Shown here: positions 12,900 through 26,045 of the stretch, in pieces
Layout: the number at the start of each line of letters is the position of its first letter
Numbering within the stretch: position 1 is the first letter of the stretch
From: Octopus sinensis
Lineage: Eukaryota
Direction: 5' to 3'
Assembly: GCF_006345805.1 (NCBI RefSeq)
Contig: NC_043004.1
Location: 34,100,001-34,164,000, forward strand
Length of the DNA stretch: 64,000 nucleotides
The notes under the pieces: model-generated
Told to the model about the DNA's origin: nothing
Databases searched by the model: none
The model's input: only the letters and a program-made list of their open reading frames with translations
Position numbers and translations under genes: made by a program

Positions 12900-13361
12900 C
12901 ACCCAATGCACCGTGAAATAGTTGGCACTAGGAAGGGCGTCCAGCTGTAGAAACCATGCTAAAGTTGACAGTGAGGTACTTAGACCTGTTGGCTCCTGTC
13001 AAACCATCTGACACATGCCAGCATAAAACACAGTGGTTAAGTGATGATAATGATGCTGCTGCTACTGCTGCTGGTGAGGATGATGATGTTGCTGCTGCTA
13101 CTGAGGATGAGGATGAGGATGATGATGGTGATGATGATAACGCCGCCGCCGCCGCCAATGATGATGATGATAATAATGATGACGACGACTATGATGACGA
13201 TGATAATGATGATAATGATGATGATGAAGATGATGATAATGAGGATGATGATGATGATGATTATGATGACAATGAGGATGACAATAATGATGATGATGAT
13301 GATGATGATGATGTTGATGATGATGATTATGATGACGATGATGATGATAACGATGATGATG

Positions 13362-13392
<31 letters not shown>

Positions 13393-13650
13393 AGATGATG
13401 ATGATGATGATTATGATGACAATGAGGATGACGATAATGATGATGATGATGATGATGATGATGTTGATGATGATGATTATGATGACGATGATGATGATAA
13501 CGATGATGATGATGATGATGACGACGACGATGATGATGATGATGATGATGATGACGACGATGATGATGATGATGATGATGATGACGACGATTACGATGAT
13601 GATGATGATGATGATGACGACGATGATGATGATGATGAAGATGAGATAAT
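12900..13650 (+). mobile_element. (GAT)n-tailed retroposon 3' end (family C) with a greatly expanded tail
   Basis: ggaagggcgtccagctgtagaaac...gttaagtgatgat, followed by ~600 bp of GAT-type repeat. Confidence 0.75.
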
Positions 13651-14094
13651 CTAGTCGATAGTATATCAAATTACAAATGAAATTGATTCAGGTTCACATC
13701 CTGCCCTTGGTTGTATGTCCACAAACAATGCACATTGAACCATCAGATTGTATCTTGCATTTGGTTATGAATTAGTACTTTCTACTGGTATATCCACACT
13801 GTTGTTAGCATCAGTAGCTATAGTGTAATTGATGAGGTTATCAGTAGCCTGCAGTATTGAATTCAAATTCTTCCATGAACACGAATGTTGCTTTAGGCTA
13901 ATTTAACTTAGCTACACTATATGAAGAGGAAATCTTCAAATGGTGCTCCATAAGCAATGCTTAGATTATTAAATTAGTGGAAAACATGTTACGATGTGAA
14001 ACATTTATCCTCGTGATAAAAATATGTGTATTCTGAAGCCATAAGTACATACAAACTTGAAAGCATTCATCTAATTTTGAACATATATCATATT

Positions 14095-14219
14095 GATACT
14101 ATATATACATATATATATATATAATATATATATATATATATAGATATAGATAGAGATAGATAGATAGACAGATATATATATATATAGTTATATATATATA
14201 TATTATTTATGAGTATATA

Positions 14220-14272
<53 letters not shown>

Positions 14273-14385
14273 TATATATATATATATTATGTGTATATAT
14301 ATATATTTTATGTATATATATATATATATATATATATAGTTATATATATATATATTTTATGTATATAATATATATATATATATTT

Positions 14386-14478
<93 letters not shown>

Positions 14479-14480
14479 TA
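14095..14480. repeat. Long (TA)n with repeated ttttatgta variants
   Basis: Direct inspection. Confidence 0.95.
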
Positions 14481-14481
14481 A

Positions 14482-14890
14482 GGTGTGGCTCTGTAGTAAG
14501 TAGCTTGTCTACCAACCACATGGTTCCGGGTTCAGTCCCACTGCATGGCACCTTGGGCAAGTGTCTTCTACTATAGCCTCGGGCCAACCAAAGCCTTGTG
14601 AGTGGATTTGGTAGACCGAAACTGAAAGAATCCCGTCGTATATATGTATATATATATATATATATATATGCGTGTCTGTGTTTGTGTGTCTGTGTTTGTC
14701 CCCTAGCATTGCTCGACAACCGATGCTGGTGTGTTTATGTCCCCATTACTTAGCGGTTTGGCAAAAGAGACCGATAGAATAAGTACTGGGCTTACAAAAG
14801 AATAAGTCCTGGGGTCAAATTGCTCGATTAAAGGCGGTGCTCCAGCATGGCCGCAGTCAAATGACTGAAACAAGTAAAAGAGTAAGAGTA
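14482..14890 (+). mobile_element. SINE family B
   Basis: Aligns with 9342-9737. Confidence 0.9.
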
Positions 14891-15164
14891 AAAAAAAAAA
14901 GAATAATATATATATATGTATATATATATATATCATGATGATGATGATGATGATATATATATAGAATAATGTATAGAAATGTATAATTATATTATACAGA
15001 AAAGCTCATTATTTTAAAAATGTCTACAATACAAGGCTTTGTAGTTGAGCAGTTTATTTTCTGACCCTGCGGTTTTGGGTTCTGGCCCACTTCATGCCGA
15101 GAGTCTTCCACTATGATACTGATCCACCCAAAGCCTTGTAAGTGGATATATATATTGAGTCAAG

Positions 15165-15507
<343 letters not shown>

Positions 15508-15599
15508 GTATATATATATATACATATATATATTGTTGTATTTCAGGGTGTTTTTTCTTTTTTATTTGCCAAATAAACACATGCACTATATATTTTTTC

Positions 15600-16045
15600 T
15601 TCACTCGTTTATTACTGTTCTTATTTCATTATCTTGACTCATGTCTATCGTCTGTAAATCTTCAGTGACACTTTCTCATTTTCATGTGTTTTCTTGCTCC
15701 CCTTACTCCATTCTGCTCTTCTAAGATGTGTATCCTTATGTGTGCATGCATTTGTGTCCTTGTCTGTGTGTGTGTGTGTGTGTTCGTGCACATGTATGTG
15801 TGTATGTGTGTGTATAAGCATACACATACACACACACAAACAAGGACACAAACACAGGCACACATAAGGATACAGATCTTAGAAGAACAGAATGGAGTAA
15901 GTGGAGCAAGAACACACACGTAAAGAAAAACTGTCACTGAAGAGGTCACAGATGTGTAATGAAAGATTTCTGGACAATGGACAGGTATTAGAATAATAAA
16001 ACAACAGTAATAAACAAGTGAAGAAGAAAAACGTATATAGTGCGT
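15600..16045. repeat. Fold-back element with a central (TG)n/(CA)n tract
   Basis: Arms ~15601-15745 and ~15858-16022 are reverse complements. The left arm lacks the hammerhead stem II-GAAA segment. Confidence 0.8.
15931..15976 (+). ncRNA. Degenerate minimal hammerhead relic
   Basis: ctgtca-CTGAAGA-ggtcaca gatg tgtaat-GAAA-GATT-TC-tggaca. Confidence 0.4.
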
Positions 16046-16150
16046 GTGTTTATTTAGCCCCCCCCCCAAAAAAAAAAAATTAACATCCTGAAATACATCT
16101 GTTTCAACACGATTTCAAATCAGGACTCTTGCAACACAACTTCATAGACG

Positions 16151-16183
<33 letters not shown>

Positions 16184-16305
16184 ATATACATACACATATA
16201 TTATACATACATATATATGCACACACATAGATACATATATATATATACTAAGCCCTTATATATAATGTAATATATATATATGTATATATATACATATACA
16301 TACAT

Positions 16306-16708
16306 ATTACTCTTTTACTCTCTTTTACTTGTTTCAGTCATTTGACTGCGGCCATGCTGGAGCACCGCCTTTAATCGAGCAACTCGACCCCAGGACTTAT
16401 TCTTTGGTAAGCCCAGTACTTATTCTATCGGTCTCTTTTGCCGAACCGCTAAGTAACGGGGACGGGATATAAACACACCAGCATCGGTTGTCAAGCAATG
16501 CTAGGGGGACAAACACACACACGCATATACATATATACATATATATGACGGGCTTCTTTCAGTTTCCGTCTACCAAATCCACTCACAAGGCTTTGGTCTG
16601 CCCGAGGCTATAGTAGAAGACACTTGCCCAAGGTGCCACGCAGTGGGACTGAACCCGGAACCATGTGGCTGGTAAACAAGCTACTTACCACACAGCCACT
16701 CCTGCACC
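16306..16708 (-). mobile_element. SINE family B
   Basis: Reverse complement of the family consensus. Confidence 0.9.
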
Positions 16709-16854
16709 TATGTATGTATATTATATGTATGTATGTATGTATGTGTATCGTTATTCAGTTTATTTCAAGATTTCTTGCCAAAAAGAGAAACAACCAGTTT
16801 CTAACCTAGAATAAAGGCTTCTTCATTGGAATTTCAGTATCAACAACAGGGTAC

Positions 16855-16955
16855 ATACGTATGTGCAGATTTGTATGTTTTATGTATGTATTATCATGCA
16901 TATAGTAGTATATCTAGACATGTTCGTATATATTTAATGATTTAATTCTGGATGT
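16855..16955 (-). mobile_element. Second 3'-UTR fragment of the same R4/Dong-like family
   Basis: Aligns with ~415-510. Confidence 0.55.
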
Positions 16956-16959
16956 AGAT

Positions 16960-17350
16960 CATCCCAATATTCATTTCAATTGATTCATACAGCCAACAGT
17001 GGGGTTTTGTTTCACTTTTTGTGTTATGGTTAAATAGATCATTATTCAATTCATAACTCCAAGAGAAATGAGTTTAGTAGTTTCTTCTATAACTACAGCT
17101 AGAAAGAATTTGTTTACCTGTTGAGCTGTTGTTTTTGTTCTGTTCCACGAGTGTGTTGTTGTTGTGTCCAGCTATGTTGTTTATAGTATCTCTCTGCATG
17201 CTAAATTCAAGTTTAAGTTGAAAATCACTACGGTCAGGAATAAAAGGCTCCCTCAGTTAATTCCTCTGAAGATTAATCAGTTATTTAACAAGGCTGATAG
17301 TTGAGGCTCCAAAGTTGGAGATAGTATTCATTGTATTTTCGATAAATAGT
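16960..17350 (-). pseudogene. Old PLE linker/GIY-YIG relic
   Basis: INNIAGHNNNTL...SCSYRRN...ETKPHVGCMNQLK resembles the PLE linker and GIY-YIG start. Confidence 0.5.
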
Positions 17351-17415
17351 CTCCCAGAGAGAGAGAGAGAAACCTTGTGAGTGGACTTGGTAGACAGAAA
17401 CTGAAAGAAGCCTGT

Positions 17416-17446
<31 letters not shown>

Positions 17447-17696
17447 GTATTATATTATAATATATGTATGTATGTATGTAGTATGTATGTATGTATATAT
17501 ATATTATATATATATATAGATAAGAAAGTTTGTTTGGTAAAGCACGTGGTGAATATATAAGAAAATAGTAAAGTGTGTGAAAAAACGACAGAAGGCTTAA
17601 ATGTTAAAAAAAATATATATTTGTGTCAAAATGTCTGGAGAATATTGGAAAAAATTTTTTTCCTTTCCTTAAATTAAAAGACATATTTAAAATTTT

Positions 17697-17735
17697 AAGA
17701 AATTACCGGTTTCGCGTGTAGCTTTCAAATTTCTT
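17697..17735 (-). ncRNA. Second copy of the PLE-tail hammerhead-like motif
   Basis: rc = aagaaat-TTGAAA-gc tacac gc-GAAA-CCGG-TA-atttctt. One A short of the composite. Confidence 0.55.
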
Positions 17736-18659
17736 GTGACGTTATGTTTATATTGTATGGAATATCGTTGTTTTTATTTCCAGGAGATTTCTAAATAAGG
17801 GGAGGTAGTGAGTGATTTTTTCGGTGTAGGGGAGATAATCGCTTAAAAAATTTTTTTTCCCATTTCCTTGTTAATTTCTCTGTGTCAGTATGTTCGGATG
17901 GTTGAGTCTGGGTTTGTACTTTCAATGAAGAATGTTCCTTGTTCAGTCTCATTTGTGTTGATGATCCGAAAGCACATTGGTAAAATGGGAAGATTAAAAA
18001 TTGTGGCAGTAGTTGCTTTGCGCATTTCTCGATGTGCTCACTAAAAGGTATCATTCTATATTCTGGGAATGCAATCTGTTGTCGATGCAGTGTGCATCTG
18101 CGCCTGAGTGATAGTCCCGTGGAACCCACGTAGTCTTGGTGGCAGCCCGAGCATTTAATAACATAAATTATGTTTTCAGAGGCACAAGTAAAGTTAGATT
18201 GATCTTAAATTTCTGTCCCTCTTTAAAGAAGAATTCTGATCCTTCCAATAGGTTAGGACATGTTGCACAGTTCGATCTACCACATTTTTTAACTTTTGCA
18301 TCCGTAATTTTAGAAGACAATTTTGCCTTTGTGAGAATCTTTTTAAGTGATTTAGGCTGTTTGTAGCTTTTAATGATTTGGTGTATGTTTAGAATTTCCT
18401 TTAATTTTGGGTTTTTATGAAGTATTGGTAAATTCTGGGTGATGATGGTGAAGGCTTCTTTGTTTCTGGGGTTGTATGTAGATATGTAAGGTAGTATTTT
18501 CGGGGAAGGTGTGTTGTTGTGTTGAACTTTTCTTAAAGTTTCTATGTTGATTTCTGTTGCACGTCTGATCCCATCCTCTATGAGTTGAGCTGGGTAATGT
18601 CTGTCAATTAGGGTGTTTTTGAGTTCTTGCAGTCTAAAGTTCCTGGTATTTTGTTCTGA

Positions 18660-19528
18660 CACTATTGTGCATATCCTTCTTGCAAGGTGAAGGGGATGTT
18701 TGTTTTAGTGTGTCTTGGGTGGCATGAATTAAAAAGAAGTATTGTTTGGCGTCTGTGGCTTTGTAAAAAATGTCTGTTTCTATTTAAGGTTAATTTTTTT
18801 AATTAGTATATCCAAGAACGGGAGCTCCTTTGGTTGTATTCCATTGTGAACTGTATATTTGGGTTTATGCTGTTCAATAGGTTTTTAAATTTTAGGAGTT
18901 ATCTATGTTTTCATTCCAGAGAATGAAACAATCGTCTAGGAATCGTTTCCAATTCTCTTTTATGTATTGAGAGAGGGAGTTTCCAAAGATTGATAGAGAT
19001 TTCCTGGTAAATGATTATTTCCATGTATCCCATTGTTAAGTTCGCAATGACTGTGCTGCCCTTGTACCCATAGCAATTCCGGATTTTTGACGGTAAAATG
19101 TATTGTCAAACATGAAGTGGTTATTGTGTAGGATGAATTCAATGATTAGTAATGAATTCCTTACTGATCCTTTTGGTATTTCTTCCGGAAATTGGTCTAA
19201 CCAGAATTGTATTGCCTCCAGTCCATAATTATGAGGTATACTGGTATATAAGTTGACTACATCAAATGAAACCAGGATTGTTTCTTCCTTGGTTTTTTTT
19301 GGAAGGTGGTTTAACATATCTAAGTCATCTCTGATATGGCTATCGATATGTTTAAGGAAGGGTTTCAAGAGGATGTCCATAAGTAGACTTAGTCTGTGTG
19401 TTTCACAGGTTGGGCCAGCTACAATGGGTCGTAGTTTTAGGTCCCCCGGATTAGGTGTGTGTATGTATGTCTTTGGTGATTTTTTAATGGTTTCATTTAT
19501 AATTTGACTTTTATGAATTTTTGGCAGA
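18660..19528 (-). pseudogene. PLE reverse transcriptase (5'-truncated, single-base frameshifts)
   Basis: PLE-type RT motifs from LPKIHK through RFLDD to the thumb (CHPRHTKTNIP). Confidence 0.9.
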
Positions 19529-20230
19529 AATCAACATAGAAACTTTAAGAAAAGTTCAACACAACAACACACCTTCCCCGAAAATACTACCTTACATATC
19601 TACATACAACCCCAGAAACAAAGAAGCCTTCACCATCATCACCCAGAATTTACCAATACTTCATAAAAACCCAAAATTAAAGGAAATTCTAAACATACAC
19701 CAAATCATTAAAAGCTACAAACAGCCTAAATCACTTAAAAAGATTCTCACAAAGGCAAAATTGTCTTCTAAAATTACGGATGCAAAAGTTTAAAAAATGT
19801 GGTAGATCGAACTGTGCAACATGTCCAACCTATTGGAAGGATCAGAATTCTTCTTTAAAGAGGGACAGAAATTTAAGATCAAATCTAACTTTACTTGTGC
19901 CTCTGAAAACATAATTTATGTTATAAATGCTCGGGCTGCCACCAAGACTACGTGGGTTCCACGGGACTATCACTCAGGCGCAGATGCACACTGCATCGAC
20001 AACAGATTGCATTCCCAGAATATAGAATGATACCTTTTAGTGAGCACATCGAGAAATGCGCAAAGCAACTACTGCCACAATTTTTAATCTTCCCATTTTA
20101 CCAATGTGCTTTCGGATCATCAACACAAATGAGACTGAACAAGGAAACATTCTTCATTGAAAAGTACAAACCAGACTCAACCATCCGAACATACTGACAC
20201 AGAGAAATTAACAAGGAAATGGGAAAAAAA
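19521..20230 (+). pseudogene. PLE thumb, linker and GIY-YIG endonuclease (second arm)
   Basis: ILPYISTYNP, CGRSNCATCPNL, NFTCASENIIYVI, DYVGSTGLSLRRRCTLHRQQI. Confidence 0.88.
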
Positions 20231-20347
20231 ATTTTTTAAGCGATTATCTCCCCTACACCGGAAAAAATCACTCACTACCTCCCCTTATTTAGAAATCTCC
20301 TGGAAATAAAAACAACGATAATTCCATACAATAAAACATAACGTCAC

Positions 20348-20386
20348 AAGAAATTGAAAAGCTACACGCGAAACCGGTAATTTCTT
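20348..20386 (+). ncRNA. Minimal type-I hammerhead-like motif in PLE 3' tail (U3-A8 core variant)
   Basis: aagaaa(t)-TTGAAAA-gc tacac gc-GAAA-CCGG-TA-atttctt. Stem III is palindromic (ACCGGT). This copy is one T short of the two-arm composite. Confidence 0.6.
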
Positions 20387-20595
20387 TAAAAATTTAAAAT
20401 TATGTCATTTTAAGGAAAGGAAAAAAATTTTTTCCAATATTCTCCAGACATTTTGACACAAATATATATATTTTTTAACATTTAAGCCTTCTGTCGTTTT
20501 TTCACACTTTACTATTTTCTTATATATATATATATATATCATCATCATCATCATCATCATCGTTTAACATCCATTTTCCGTGCTAGCACGGGTTG

Positions 20596-20643
<48 letters not shown>

Positions 20644-21338
20644 GTCTATATCAAACCAGGAAATTGGAGAAAAAGGATTTGTGTATTATTTATTCATCAT
20701 TACACATGTTCCATTTGCTAACAGGAGTTACAAAATTAAACATGTAGTGGAAACATATAAGACATCTATTAGAAATTCTTCAGAGCGACAATCAAATAGT
20801 AGAGGGAAGTGATTTTTTTTATTCGTTTTCCAATAACCAGATTTTACTTACAAAATATTAATAGGAAGACACATCTTTGAGATATTTTTACAAAAGGGCC
20901 GAGCAGTGAAATCGAACTCAGAACTGTATAGTTGTGAAGCAAAATTTTTAATTCTATGGCTATGATTTCATCTACTTAAGAAGTCTTGCTCTGATGGTAG
21001 GATGTAAGTGATCACGAAAAGAGAGCTCTTGAGGGAAAGCATGATGGCTTAGTGTTGATGACTATGATGAAAATAATAAGTAGGAGGAGGAGGAGGAGAA
21101 GGAGAGGAGGAAGAGGGGGAGGAGGAAGGGAAGGTAAATGAATAGGAGGATGAGGGTGACGAAGATGAAGAGGATATGTAATGCATACAAAAGCAAATTT
21201 TGGAATATTCCATGTTGTCTTTTAGAAGGAGACTTCAGTGCATTTTAGACTTGCAATAAGCTAACCCATTTCATAAATACAATAGTAATGTTTACTTAAT
21301 ATATTTGAAAGAAGTCACTGTGATGTGTTGCTGCTTAC

Positions 21339-21393
21339 ATTCTGACATGTGCATTTATTTATTCTATCAGCAAAATTAACAGTCACTTGAAAG
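21339..21393 (-). CDS. Internal coding exon D (55 nt, phase 2-0): FQVTVNFADRINKCTCQN
   Basis: Acceptor after a (CTT)n tract ...ctgtggaatag|C, donor AAT|GTAAGC. Only one frame is open. Confidence 0.65.
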
Positions 21394-21894
21394 CTATTCC
21401 ACAGAAGAAGAAGAAAGAGAAAAAGAAGAAGAAGAAGAAGAAGAAGAAGAAAGAAAGAAGAAGAAGAAGAAGAAGAAGAAGAAGAAGAAGAAGAAGAAGA
21501 AGAAGAAGATGATGACGAGAGTAAACAAATCAACAAATAAAACTATCAGAGAAAAAAATAAAAATAAAATCTATGTAAACTAAAATTTTGAAAATAGGCA
21601 AAAATCAAGGAAAACGGCGAAAAAGAAGAAAGAAAGAAAGAAAGAAAGAAAGACAGTACAACAACAACAACTAGAGAGAAATGGAAGAATCTTTATTAGG
21701 AAAATCATTGAAATGTGCAAGTTAAGTTGTTGAATTTCTTCTCCATGCTTCACAACACACAAGTATATTTAGTATTACTCTTTAAGGAAAAAAAAATTGT
21801 TTGTCAACAAAACAAAACATTATTTTTACTTTCTTTAGTGTCTCATCTATCATGACTGACATTTTGCTTATGGTCTGTTGCATATGTATGATGT

Positions 21895-21980
21895 AAGAAA
21901 ATAATAATAATAATAATAATAATAATGATGTTGATGATGATAATAATAATAATAACAACAACAACAACAACAACAACAAC

Positions 21981-22014
<34 letters not shown>

Positions 22015-22128
22015 GTAATAATAATGGTAATGATAATGATGGTGATAGTGATGATAGTGATGATGATGATGGTGATGATGATGATGATGAAGAAGATGAA
22101 GATAAAAATAATGATATTGATGATGTCA

Positions 22129-22190
<62 letters not shown>

Positions 22191-22191
22191 G

Positions 22192-22237
<46 letters not shown>

Positions 22238-22346
22238 GAAGATGATGAAGATAAAAATAATGATAATGATGATAATGTTGATGTCAATGATAATGATGAT
22301 GATGATGATAATATAATAATAATAATAATAATAATGATGATAATAA

Positions 22347-22391
<45 letters not shown>

Positions 22392-22460
22392 GATGATGAT
22401 GAAGAAGAAGATAAAAATGATGATGATGATGATGATGACGATGATAATAATAATAATTAA
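21895..22460. repeat. Compound (AAT)n/(AAC)n/(GAT)n tract
   Basis: Direct inspection. Confidence 0.95.
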
Positions 22461-22995
22461 TTTCTTTCTTGCAAGTGTCTTGTTAATACTAACAAAATAA
22501 GCATCTATTGAAATTCTCTGTCTTTTTTTTTGTTTTATTTTGTTGGTTTTTCGTTTTATTTTTTTTCTTCTTCCTTGTGTCCAATCTGTTTCTGTCTTGT
22601 GCCAAATATAAACAAATATTGTCAGTTATGTTTTCGTATATCTATGTTTTTACCATCAATTCATGCTGCCTTGAAGTGTGATTGCAGAAAGGATCAATCA
22701 AAGAATTCGCCCTTCTTTAATTCAGTTCTTAACAGACTTTCTGGCTTCTCTAAAGTTATTGCTTTTATTTTTATGGAAAATATTTTAATAAGGAAATATC
22801 AAATTTAGGAAGATTTTACTCAAATATAATAACAATAATAATAATAACAATAATAATAATAATAATAATAATGATAATCCTTCATTCACCCTAGGGTGCT
22901 GGGTGTGTCTCAGCAAGTGATTGTAGCAAGTGCATGTAGCAAACATGCAGATTAAAAATAAATAAATAACAATAATAATGATAATAATAATGATG

Positions 22996-23056
<61 letters not shown>

Positions 23057-23780
23057 CAATATCAACAATAATAATAATGATAAAATAATAATAATAATGC
23101 AACACTGTAGGAGTTCCAACAAAACTTGAGATAAAAAGAAATAATAATGATAATAATAATAATAAAACTGGAATAATTATAAAACCCAGAAATTGTGATA
23201 AACAGATATTGTTTTGAGCTGAGTAGGGGTGCTAGATTCACTTGTGTGAAAATATAAGGACGCAGATTGTGTTGTATAGCCAGCTGGAGACGATGTCTCC
23301 TAGAGTTAAATTACAGCAACATTCGTCCCAAACAAGGTCTGCCATGTTATGTTGGCAAGCAATCTTTACTCCAAAGTACTGTTGCTGAATATCTCTCATT
23401 GTGAGATTTACAAATAGTAATTTCCTAATAATAATAATGGTTTAAAATTTTGGTTGGCAGTCTTGGGGGTAAAGGTTAAGTTAATTACATTAGCCCCCAG
23501 TTTTCAACTGGTATTTATTTCATTGATCCTGAAAGGGTGCAAGACAAAGTCAGTGGCAACAGAATTTCAGCTCAGAATATGAAGACGGACAAAATGTCCA
23601 GAATGCTTGGTGCTATTTTGCCCAGCATGCTAACGATTCTTCCAGCTTTCCAATGTAATGATAATAATGCTTTTTACTAGAGGCACAAGACTGGACCTCA
23701 GTGGAATTTGAACTCAGGTTGTAAAGACACAAAATGCCACTAAAACTTTTGCCTGGCATGCTAATGATTCTGTCACCTTA

Positions 23781-23861
<81 letters not shown>

Positions 23862-23939
23862 AATTCTTTCTTCTATAGGCACAATGTCTGAAATTTCAGA
23901 GAAAGATGTAAGTCAATAATATTGAATTTGATTTTTTCT

Positions 23940-25720
23940 ATTCTTCTATTCTTGGCACAATGCCAGCAATTTTGAGATGGTGGCAGGGTTCTGCTGTAAC
24001 TAGAATTGACCAGTTAATATGGAAACTAATGTCCTTGGATTTCAGGGAGGAAATACATTTTGCTAGGGATGTTGAAGCTTTTAACTTTTCATTAACAAAA
24101 ATGTGTCTATGGGTAGAGATTCTCCACTTGACTGGATTAATGGCTAATCTCATTTAAATATAGGCAGTGCTACTTGCATTAATAATGCACTTGTACATCT
24201 CATTGTCATGGGCATAATCTCCATCCAAGGCACAGCCCATCTTGGATTTAAAATTCCCTGTGATGGGGTCTGGATGATTGTTTAGAAAACCCATTGTGTT
24301 ATGTGACTGATGTGTAATCAAGTGATTGACCTGTTTACCTTGCACGTTCGTACAAGTCCTTGAGGTTACGTTATCAATATTAATACTGTCCAGGTTAGTG
24401 TTTGATAGCCCTGTTGAGGCTTTAATGCTATGGGATTTTCTTATGTGAATTTTAAATTAGCTTGAGAAGCTATATTTCATTGTCGGCTAAGTAAGGCTAG
24501 ATTATTAATATATTTTCTAATTTTATCTCTGTTGTCTCCCATGATAATTGCTACCAAGCTGAAGGTAATCAAATATAAAAGCTTAAAAGTTTCCTGTTAA
24601 ATATTCTGTTGCCTTTGCAATGAGGATTGTGATGAGGAATAAAATTTCTGTCCAAACATTCATAAAAGATTTTCAGAATCAGTTTTTATTATTATTAATG
24701 TAGAGAGGATTATACCTGTGGGTCCAACTCTTCCTTCATGTTCTTAGAGCCACTATAAACTTGACAATCCTAGGATTCGATATCAGGATAGTAAGATCGA
24801 TATTCTGGGAGTTAATCTCTTCAATCAGCTTTCTACTCCTGGCTGTTGTCTTTTGATTCTGTTTTTATTGTCAGTGGTGTAGGTATTTTCTCTAGTTTTA
24901 TTAGATTTAGTGAATTTAGTAAGTTTGTTGTGAGTTGTTCAATGATTGGTGTTTGGATTAGTTCTGTTACTGCAAAACGTATTTGTTGTATTCATAGAAT
25001 TCCAATAATTGTTGACCTGGGGGTACTAGTTTAAGCTTGGTGTTATCATAGTAAGAAATCATATCATTATTAGCATTATTTTTAAGGACCTCATTGTAAT
25101 ATTCAGCATTATTTTTGAATTTCTTATTAGCAGAAAGTTTAGAAATCCTTTTAGAGATAGTTCTAATTAAGATATTCATAATGGAGTATGGATGATTTGA
25201 TAATCTGTATATATAAATTAAGTTCTCATTTGGCATAAGGGAAGAAAGTGTTAGAGTTTAGATCTTAGGTTAAAGCCAGATTCATCACCTTCTTCAAACG
25301 AGATAGATAAGCTAAATTTTTTGGAAGAATCTGTGAAGTTGTTTCTCTAGTCTTTCTGAAGAAGCCAGAGAGTAGTTATAAGTTGTTAGGAGAGCACGAT
25401 CCTAATGCAAATCTCTCATGACTTTGGAGAGTTCAAACTGTAGGTATAAACCTATGGGGTCATTAATGAAGACAAAGTTGGATGAACCTGTCATGCTGGC
25501 TGTATGGGTTTTTGTTGCTTGGTGTTCAATTTACCAGCATGTTGTCTCATAATAAACCAATTATGAACATTGTTGAAGCGGCATTTTATTTTATCAAAGT
25601 AAATTGCAATATTTACATAGTTACTTCACAGTTTGCCAGGAGCATAATGTACATATTTATTCACTTACTTCAAAATTTTGCCTTCTGTCACATCTCAATC
25701 CATCTTTAATTTACTTTGTT
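23940..25720 (-). pseudogene. Old PLE relic of a second family (RT, thumb, GIY-YIG)
   Basis: Fragments IGLYL, SNHPYSIMNILIRTISKRISKLS, CALDG...STSLAKCISSLKSKDISFHINWSIL. Many stops. Confidence 0.75.
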
Positions 25721-26014
25721 GTATTCTTATTTTCATTTCATTTAAACCCCTCTTTACTGTATGACCCCTTTTCTGTAATCTCTTTTGCATTATCTATTCA
25801 CTTGTCTTGTTTCTCTACTATCATTATGCTTCGATATGTGTATATGAACATGTATACATATCATCATCACATATATATATATATATATATATATTTGTGT
25901 AACGAATGCAGGGATTATATGTACTGCCACATATCTGTCTGATCCTTTGATTCCCTGCTTATCTTTCGCAGCAAGTTACTGGTACTACAGTTGTGTCCAA
26001 ATACAATTACACCA

Positions 26015-26045
<31 letters not shown>

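Larger units (their letters stand above)
17520..20526. mobile_element. Young Penelope-like element in inverted configuration: minus-strand 5'-truncated RT-thumb-GIY-YIG-3' tail plus a plus-strand copy of its 3' ~1 kb
   Basis: Minus strand reads LPKIHK, LRPIVAGP, SFDVVNLYTSIPH, GIAMGT, RFLDD, PFLD, CGRSNCATC, IYVIKC..DYVGST. Arms ~17554-18557 and ~19526-20526 are near-identical reverse complements. Flanked by (TA)n. Confidence 0.92.

Noticed and set aside
12956-13669. Poly-Asp, poly-Met and poly-Ile ORFs (202-232 aa)
   Set aside because: These come from the (GAT)n tail of a retroposon and are open only because the repeat lacks stops.
17119-17190. Minus-strand exon candidate RDTINNIAGHNNN
   Set aside because: Part of a PLE linker relic.
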